The notes below the pieces were generated by a model. That model saw nothing but the letters and a program-made list of their open reading frames with translations. It was not told the DNA's origin and did no database searches. A DNA stretch of 64,000 nucleotides from Chlorokybus atmophyticus (lineage: Eukaryota > Plantae > Mesostigma and Chlorokybus algae). The position numbers were made by a program, and so were the translations under genes. This document shows, piece after piece, positions 55,300-64,000 of the stretch (positions are counted from its first letter, which is position 1; every line of letters starts with the position of its first letter). The stretch is from positions 248,001-312,000 of the forward strand of contig RHPI01000810.1 of NCBI GenBank assembly GCA_009103225.1. The letters run 5' to 3'.

Positions 55300-56900
55300 G
55301 CGTGGCGTCATCCTCATGACCATGTCATGGGAACTGCAGTGGTTCAGCAACTTGTTACTTCAACTAAATGGTCAACTTATTCGCGCATGCAAACTGTGAT
55401 TCTCTAATTTGCATAACGTGGCAGAGCAACAGCATGATACAGCTTTATCGGTTGTCTTCTGCGGTTGTCTCTCTCTCTCTCTCTCCCTCCCTCCCTCNNN
55501 NNNNNNNNNNNNNNNNNNNNNNNNNNNNNNNNNNNNNNNNNNNNNNNNNNNNNNNNNNNNNNNNNNNNNNNNNNNNNNNNNNNNNNNNNNNNNNNNNNNN
55601 NNNNNNNNNNNNNNNNNNNNNNNNNNNNNNNNNNNNNNNNNNNNNNNNNNNNNNNNNNNNNNNNNNNNNNNNNNNNNNNNNNNNNNNNNNNNNNNNNNNN
55701 NNNNNNNNNNNNNNNNNNNNNNNNNNNNNNNNNNNNNNNNNNNNNNNNNNNNNNNNNNNNNNNCGGGGGGGATTGCGGCAACTTGTACAGGGGTGGCGGC
55801 GTTTTCTTTTAGCAACTCTTGATGCGTAGCTCGTGCATAACTACTTCCCCTAGCCTGTGCCTTTCCACTTGAGAGTGTACATACTTGCATGCTGCTCAAC
55901 AGAGATTGCTAGCACTGTTAAAGGGGTTGGTCACTTGCTCAGTGCTTTGTCTTCAATAGCTTTGGCGCTGGCATGCGTAACTGTATGTGTCAAGTCGTGA
56001 CAAGTTGGTCAAACTCGTGCAAAAGTCGTAGTTTCTGGCTAACAGTCGAAGAGGAGGTCGTGTGAGACAAGGGCTGCACACGCAACTCGGGCGGGACCAC
56101 CTGCACTGCGTTGCACGCGAAAGAGAGACGAAGGAGTGGCCCCATGTTGTTGCCCGTGTTTCAGTTGTAAACGCAGCGTACGGTGGCTAGAAATCTTGAT
56201 GTCGCACAGGTACAGCTCCTCAAGCTTTTCAGCCGCGTGTACTTGTGGGGAGCTCAGTGACCAGTGACAGCCACGAACAGCAATTGCGGGACAACAACAA
56301 TTGGTGATGAGTAACAAGTCACGCACGCGCACACCACACTGCACTCCGCACACGGCTGCGTGGTCTGAGCACACACGCAACATGTTACACCCACCCACCC
56401 ACCTACCCACCACCCACCCCCACGCACAACGCGCAGAACTGGACACGCACACGCATGCAATCCTTGTGCACTGCCACACGCATGCACACTCTTATGCAGC
56501 TTCTTTTCGGGGCTCTCAAAAGAAAACGTGTCGCATGACTTGTGTGCTGGGTAGGCAACTCCACATGCTTGTGTGTACTTGTGATAGTTGCAAGCCATGT
56601 CAAGCATATGATTGTCATAACCTGCTGGTAGGTACGACAAGGATGCAGCCTCGGAAGGGGCCTGGACTGGACGATAAGAACGCGACAGCCTCCATCGCCG
56701 GGCGGGGGCCGAGTTGCAGTTGATGCGTCCTTGTCGTCGTCCATGTGGTCAACGTCGTGTATGCGGACGCTTTAGCTGGGCTACCCTACTCACCTCTCCT
56801 CTGCGCTCTGCAGGTGGTTGTTGCCTGCTTGCCCCTTTCCTGCTGCCTGAGGGTCCTAGGGTTGAGTCCTAGCTTGGTCTAGAGTGTACGGGTGTATGTT
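55300..56900 (-). CDS. hypothetical spliced gene or transcript, product unidentified, interrupted by a gap
   Basis: Donor-like GAG|GTGAGT (~56793) and CAG|GTTATG (~56630), short ORF pieces (MEAVAFLSSSPGPFRG..., AEKLEELYLCDIKI...). I could not assemble one convincing frame. Confidence 0.25.
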
Positions 56901-58076
56901 AAGTAAGCTCTGCTTGCATCACTTGCTACCACAACTTCCCACAGAGTGTGCTTCGCGCAACTATAATGTTTGCTAGGTGCTGTCCACATAACACTAATCA
57001 AGTATGCTCATGCAACACAGATTGCTAGCACGTGTTGCACCAATTTGGCTTTTAATAAAGCGTGCAACCTGTGTGCGCACACGTGCACACGTGTGATTGT
57101 CAGTATTGTCAGTGCGGTGTGCGGCCATGCACACGGACGGCTAGAAAGTTACAAAAGGTTATGGATGTGGGAAATGCAAGGTAATTGAAGCATGTGCAGG
57201 CATGTTTGGGTAGGTGGTGCAGGTGTATATAATCAGCACAATCTCTACCTGCACCAACAGTGAACTACTGCAACAGGATGCGAGGGACCTGTTTGTTGGG
57301 GTGGCGCAGCGTCTGGGGGTATGGTGAGACACATGGGAGTAACTTTATGTATTCAGTGCCCAGTTGAAGGGTAGCGTGGAAGAGAATAAGTAACAATACA
57401 AGCGGTGATGAAGTTGATACTCACCAAAACCACCATCACCTGCCTGCTCCACTACCAAGACTGCCAGCCCTTAGTGAATGACTAGCCAACACTGCCGATT
57501 TGCCAGCACTGCGAGTTCCACTGACATGAGCGCTTATGCTATTCTGCATCCCTTGCACACAGTTGATAGCCGGGAAGCAAGATGCAGCTAACTAACAGAT
57601 AACACAGAATCACTGTTGCAACAAGCTGCAACATTCCAGAGCCAACTATACTCTCAATACACTAACAGCGACATCGTCACACCAAGCTACGTACTGTCAC
57701 TATACTACTTCATATGATATTGCCCACGAACCCAGCCCGTGCCCAACTTCTCATACGCCTTTCTCCCTCCCATCCCAAAAGATACGAGAGTTTCGCACAG
57801 CACATCTCAACCAGTTCACGCAGAATCATGATAGCTCAGACAGGACGGCGTGTTGACAGCAACACAGCACAGCAATCACTTATACCTCCACAGTTTCCAT
57901 AGATGCTATCTACCGTACAATCACCTCCTGCATCGCATAGTTCCAGTTATGGCGCCGCATTGCTTATTGCTCATGGTCGCGGCACGAAACAGCTGTCACT
58001 CGGGCACAAGCCACAATTCCCCACACCCAACCCACCCAACCCATCAGTTACAACTGTACAAGTGAGCGCATGCTAC

Positions 58077-60371
58077 TCACAACTCCACCTCCCTGCCATA
58101 TATCCAGCTGAAAGGCCGGACCTCCTTGTCTGCCTTGGCCTTCTTGGCCTCGGCGCGCTCGGCAATCTTGCGGACACGCGCTGGCAGCCTCATGACATAA
58201 TCCTGAGCAGCTTGCGCCTCGGATGTTAGACCCTCACGCGTGGCAACATTCCACCGCTTGAGGAGATGCTCCAAAATCTCAGCGTAGTCTTCTGCTGTGT
58301 ACACCTGTAATGGAGAAACAGTTCAGCACACATCTGACAGTGACCACATGGCTGAAAAGCACAAGCATGAACAGATCGTACCTTCAGGCGCTGGGCAACT
58401 GCAGAGAAATCCTTGAACAGGGTTTTGCTCTCGCCGTCATACATCAGGTGAGCTGGCATGACAATCTGTTTCTTCATCATGTCTTCAAAACACACCATCG
58501 TGGTGCTGGGGTCCAACTCGAATAGCTTGTCCACAATGCGCGTGTATGCGATTTCATGTCGGCCTTCGTCGGCAGCAATAATGCCGCAGACCTGGGCCAA
58601 ATGCTTCTCACCCAACTTCTTGGCGTGGAATCCTGTGTTGCCATGTGAGATCTTGGTAGCGCGCTCTTGGAAAGATGTATAGATGAAACCAAGATATGGG
58701 TTGTTGTCGGTCTTGGGGTCCATGCCCGACCCGATTAGATACTGGATGGTCGTCTCCACTGCCTTCATGTTGACGCGCCCTGCCAGCAAACACATTGTAA
58801 CATCTGATTGAAACCATGCTCTAGAGCCTTTTGCTGACACAACCGTGCAAGTATACTTCACACACAACCATGATACACTTGAAAACTACAGAGCGTTATG
58901 TCTGCCTTTGAGTGATGAATTCCCAGATGTGTGAATGCCTCATGTAAGAGGGGGGAGGNNNNNNNNNNNNNNNNNNNNNNNNNNNNNNNNNNNNNNNNNN
59001 NNNNNNNNNNNNNNNNNNNNNNNNNNNNNNNNNNNNNNNNNNNNNNNNGGGTACCTGACAGATAGAGATACTTGTTCAACAGATCTCCATGCCGGTTTTC
59101 CTCTGCTGTCCAAGCACGCGTCCAGACTGCCCATGGTGTGGGATCAGCGCCGCTTATGTCCCTTGTGCCGTCCAGCGTATTCAACATGGTTTGGTATGTG
59201 GGCAGCGCCTCTTCTGTAATCATGTCGCCGATCAGGGTGACGAAGTACTCATCTGTCAAGTCTTTTGCACGTGCTTGCAGGTCGCGAACCTGCGCAAGTT
59301 ATATGCTGAGTAAAGAAACTGTCTGATGTGGTGCGAAAAACTAAGCTCATGCAACTATAGCTTTGTGCGACATACTTGCTGTGGCTGAGAGAGCACGCGT
59401 TATGACAAACTAACTATGGCGCATGGGCAAGACACTGCATGCAGTGCAAAAGTGCGGAAGACGCAAATCAAACCAAGCACCAGCACAACTAGAGCAACAA
59501 GCGCATTGTACATACCTCATCCAGGAACGACTCTGACGCAGGATCTGGCAGGAAGTCGGCCGGCTGCCATGATTTTTCAACTGGCTTCAGCATTGGCAAG
59601 ATCTCCTCAGAGAAAAACCCATCCATTGTCCGGATCACCTCGAGCTTCTCCGGTGTGAGCCCAAGGTACTGTGGTCCGGTCTTGGTGGGCCTGAACAACC
59701 ATAAGACAAGCAATTAGGCACGTTGAGAACCAAGAACTAAACGAACGGAGTAGACTGCAGAGCCCAAACAGCAAGAATGCTTGTACTTTTACGCTGCCAC
59801 AACAACCAGCATTTGCTACTGCGACTCGGGATGGTGGTCATCCAACAATTGTAACTTTTTGCAAACCCTGAACCATGCGACATACCTTAACTGTCACATG
59901 TTGCAAACCAGGGATAATCAAACAAACAAACAAACCCAAGAAGCCCAAGACAGGAAGCAGTCAAACTCTCACTGCCTAACAAGTCATTGAGAGCTCAGTC
60001 ACTGTCCGAGACGAGTAACACGAAACACTGTAATCCCAACAAGCCTTTCAGTGAGCACAAATGCTGGTACTACACGTGTACAGCATGACTGCAACCCACT
60101 GGGCACAAGCGAGCCAAACACACCTGACCAGTGACGCGGTCATGCAGGTAGCCCGTCGCGTGCCAGCAACGCCGCCCCTCTGGCCTGAAGCAGATGACTC
60201 CAGCTCTGCGCTGCGGGCCATGAGGGCGGAGTCCGTGGCTCCACCAGCAGCCCTGCCACCACGCGTCTTCCAGCCACCGTCCTGCCTGGGCCGGAGACCC
60301 TCGTCAGCACCATAAAGTGCCACAGACGACGAAGATAGAGCGCTAGCCCTCGACATTGCCATCGCCGCCAT
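58077..60371 (-). CDS. FAB2: plastid stearoyl-ACP delta-9 desaturase (SAD/FAB2), 5 exons
   Basis: Ala/Ser-rich transit peptide, [84 protein letters not shown], ending [11 protein letters not shown]. Confidence 0.97.
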
Positions 60372-62455
60372 CCTCGCCACCCTCACCACCACCACCGCCG
60401 CCCACAGCCACTCGCTCCGCCACACACAACGTCTTGGTGTTCACTGACACAACATAAGGGGAGAGGTGTGAGCTGTTGTGTCGACACAACATTTCCCGCC
60501 ATCTGTTGACATTGTCAAGGAGTCGAAAGTGTTGACGCTGTGCCGGGAAAGCCGGTTGGCATGTCGCTTGACCTGCACAATGTTCCACTGTATTCTGGCC
60601 ATTGACTTGTATGTGGCAACGGCAGGCCGGAGGAAAATGCAGCGGTGGAGGGTTGATGCGGCAGCCAATGGCCAGCGCGCGCTTCGCTTGTGCGAGCCAC
60701 GTCAGCGAGGCGCCTGAGCTGAGCTGTGCTGGGCCGCCGCCACCGTCAATATCGCACCTGGCCGCGCCGGGCAAGGATTCAATGAAATCGGGGCCTGCAG
60801 GCCGCCTGCTTAACATAAATGGATTTTGACAACGGCAATTTGTGTGCTGCATGAGCTGCGACAATCCCGGTGCATGGTGGATCACTACTGGTAATGGTGA
60901 TTCACCGGGTGGTGTCTCTGCTTCAATGAGAACCCCTAACATTAGTGTTTGTATCCAGTCAGAGAATACCTATCAAATACACAAATGCCTAACAGACATT
61001 TGCAGATCGTATTGTGAGTATTAGGTTGGAACTTCAGATCGAATAAAGGCCCACTTCAATATAAAATTTATAAGAAAATCTTCATCGTAGTTCACTCGAT
61101 GATGTATTGCATTGCATACTTGTTTACTATAACAGATGCAGTACGGGACATGTACTCATGGCTCTCCACATGGCAGCTGCCATGCCCAATGGTTAAGATG
61201 GCATAACATAAAAAACCAATGATACGCATTATGCTTTGTATGATCGAAACAACTTTTAATGACGCGCTGGGCAAGTACCGGCAGTAGATAGTTGACGTAT
61301 AATTTTCTTCTTTGCAGCATGCATTTTTTGCAAGCAGTTTTCAATCAGATTTGGGTGTCTCAATTCGCAAATGGTATTTCTAGCATCCGTTGGAACATCT
61401 TACATGTTCAAAAACTGCTTTACATCTTGGGTTTTATGTGCGCATGTATACAGCGTACACAACTTGTAGCATAACGATAGCTATACACATTGGTATGCAT
61501 GATTGCAATGGTTAAGTATTGCAACATGTCGATCATGATAAAAGCGTAAATTTTCATTTATGGTGCTTGTAAAGGCTTGTACTACAAGCGGTATAAATTA
61601 TAAAACGCACGCGTTTGTGATCTTTAGTTAAGTAACATGGAACACATGTAGACGTGTATAAATATACTGTTCGCGTCTTTGCTTGTGGCCCCTGTGTTAT
61701 ACCCTACACGATGATTATGGGCAGCGCCAATCTGGCATGTTAACAATTGCTCTGCATTGGTGACAAACATCATGATACATTGCATTATACAGTGCAATAT
61801 GTTGTGGTTGCCGTAATATAACAACTTATTACATAAACACGTTCAACGTACGTGACCACATGTGTGTTTGTGTGAATAACCATAATGCTGCTAACACTTG
61901 TATGTATTCAGACCACACACACGCACAATAAATATGTTAAGCACATCTAATGGATGTGGCTGCGTGCTACGCAGTGAGTGACATAGCATGTCACCCATGC
62001 ATGCACGTGCACCGCATAATTGATCTAGTGGAGTTGGAACAGGGAGGGCACGACAAGGTTATGCATGTGTACATATGTCACCATTTATACTTCACCACTA
62101 TTACAATCAGATCAGGTTGCATATTGTTTACGTACACCAACCGAATGGTGACTACATCTTAGATAATGAACCATCGTGAAAATGACTAATACCTATGTAG
62201 TAGGCACGCTTGCATTGCTTACGACACGGCACACATAACGCAAAGAAGTGCGTTATCAATTGCTTTGATATGCTACGCTGCAAGTTGTGCATAGAATGAG
62301 GTTGGTTTGTGCTGCGTGCATGCAGCTCCTTGCCATAGCAGTAATGTACCTACCAACACCACATAGGCAAGTTGTGGTAATGGCCATGCTGCATTCAATA
62401 ATATTATCAATGCCAATGCTCAATAATTTCCCATATGATCAGTCATTGACAAGCA

Positions 62456-63691
62456 CTACTTGTAGTATGCTGCTACCGTTCTGCGTGCAAATTCACCAAA
62501 AGTCATTCCCGGCGTCCACTGACCAACACCTGTGTCCCCTACGGACATACCATCTGGCACATCCAGCAACTCATCCCATTGCGGCTGCATGAACACGGCG
62601 AAAGTGTTCCGCCCTATCAAGTGCGCACATTCGCCTCGTGCTGCACGCACACAATGCGGTGTGGCCCTAAGCACGCCACCCGAGTGTATCTGCATGGCTT
62701 CGCCCACTTGGAACGCGATGTGGTCTGATGGTATAGCCCCCTTGACCACACTGCCACCCCGCGTGCGTATGTACAGACCAGCTCTTGGGTCTGGGCACGT
62801 GACCTCCTCATCGCCACAAATGTACATTGCGCTGGTCAGACCGGTCAAAGAGCCGTGGTCCATGTGCCAACCGCACCACGATTGCATGTCGCTTGCGGCG
62901 TCATCACCATTGCTTGAGGTAATCTCCGCAGTTGGAAAGTAATGCAAGAGCCTGGCTTTTGTGCAGCGAGAGCGGGATATAACGCTTTGAAGCCGCTGTG
63001 TGGAGCTGGCTTGCTGGCTCTGTGATGCGACATAATCGTCGCAATGCTTTGCCACCAACAGTCCGACTTCAACAATCAACTTTCCCAAAGACTTCAAGGC
63101 CGGAGAAAGTTGCGGTAAATGCTTGTCGGGCCATATGTTTGGCCTGCCAGCAGCAATATCTGCTTAGACTTCGAGCGCTCTGCTCAGTCAACAGCAGGCC
63201 TACTAAGTAACAAGACAGAACTCTCATGCTGTTGCTGTGTGACACAAACAGTACCTGCAGTAGTGAGGGTACTGCACTACAAGCTGCTGGTCTGTCGTTG
63301 GAACATCATACTGCGGGTTTGCGTAAAATGAACCTTTCAACCGATCTGCACATGACAATGTCACCGAGTGTTAGTGAACGCAGACGCAACTCACACACAA
63401 ACAACACATCAAGTGAGCACGCGCATAGCAGTATAACAGGTATTGAAATTCCTGACCTGGTCGGCCGTTCGCAAGGCTCTCCTTCCCATGGCTCCACCCG
63501 ACGTTGTATGTGGACGCAGGGTCTTCGAGCTCTTTCAGCGACGTCTCCGGCAGAGCGGCAAGGCGCTGTGCAAGGGGAAGCAGCTCGCACCGCCGCTGCG
63601 CGTAGCCGGGAACGCCCGACACTGTCAGAATGCCAAAGCCGCCGCTCCCGTACGCCTCTGCTATCTTGTTTGCTAGACGCCCAGGCTCTTC
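62456..63691 (-). CDS. 2-oxoglutarate/Fe(II)-dependent dioxygenase (IPNS-like); 5' end probably beyond the window
   Basis: Exons 63691-~63452, ~63345-63256 and ~63147-62456: AYGSGGFGILTVSGVP, VGWSHGKE, KGSFYANP, NIWP, ARLLHYFP, WCGWHMDHGSLTG (HxD), TPHCV (H), RNTFAVFMQP. Confidence 0.9.
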
Positions 63692-64000
63692 CTACAAGCA
63701 ACACGCATGTATGAACCACCTGATGACACACAGATATTGACAATTGCACATTGGACTGAATTTCCACAAGTAGTGAAGTAGATTCGCTTTACAAAATCCC
63801 AAGTGCAGACTTCGCGATGCATGTGACATGCAGCTTCGTAGTAGTTGGTACTGACTTGCTGAATCGCAGAATGGAAAGTGCATGCATACACACTAGACTA
63901 CGACGTTGACAAGACTGTACTTGTGAGCTGTTATCTGCTGTCCGGTATTGCCAGTCAACCTTCCACGAGTACAGCTGTAATGGTAATGGCGAAGTGGTTA

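Overview
This is eukaryotic, intron-rich genomic DNA from the green lineage; a green alga is inferred from the plastid stearoyl-ACP desaturase, a PKG-like kinase, short GT/GC-AG introns and Gypsy elements with an iMet primer-binding site (PBS). It uses the standard genetic code. The host genes I could splice by hand are a cyclic-nucleotide-dependent (PKG-like) kinase (+), a large MMS22L-like protein (-), GPI8/PIG-K (+), CDT2/DTL (-), a DYRK2-class kinase (-), METTL3/MTA (+), stearoyl-ACP desaturase (-) and a 2OG-Fe(II) dioxygenase (-, probably cut by the window end). The centre (~22.7-45.7 kb) is a transposon nest. It holds Tc1/mariner-type MITEs and an older Ty3/Gypsy element (B). B is interrupted by a full-length chromodomain Gypsy element (A, 33209-40050, 5-bp target-site duplication (TSD) GGCTG) and probably also by an intron-containing CACTA/EnSpm-type DNA transposon; further degenerate remnants follow. 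Four signals stand out: (i) both Gypsy elements share an extra ~140-aa domain between Gag and protease that resembles a degenerate adenine-methyltransferase module; (ii) the LTRs are built from consecutive hairpins; (iii) the GACAGTC/GACTGTC motif is scattered throughout the DNA transposon; (iv) there are several GC-AG introns. Exon boundaries and family assignments were made by eye and from memory of the families; no database search was run.
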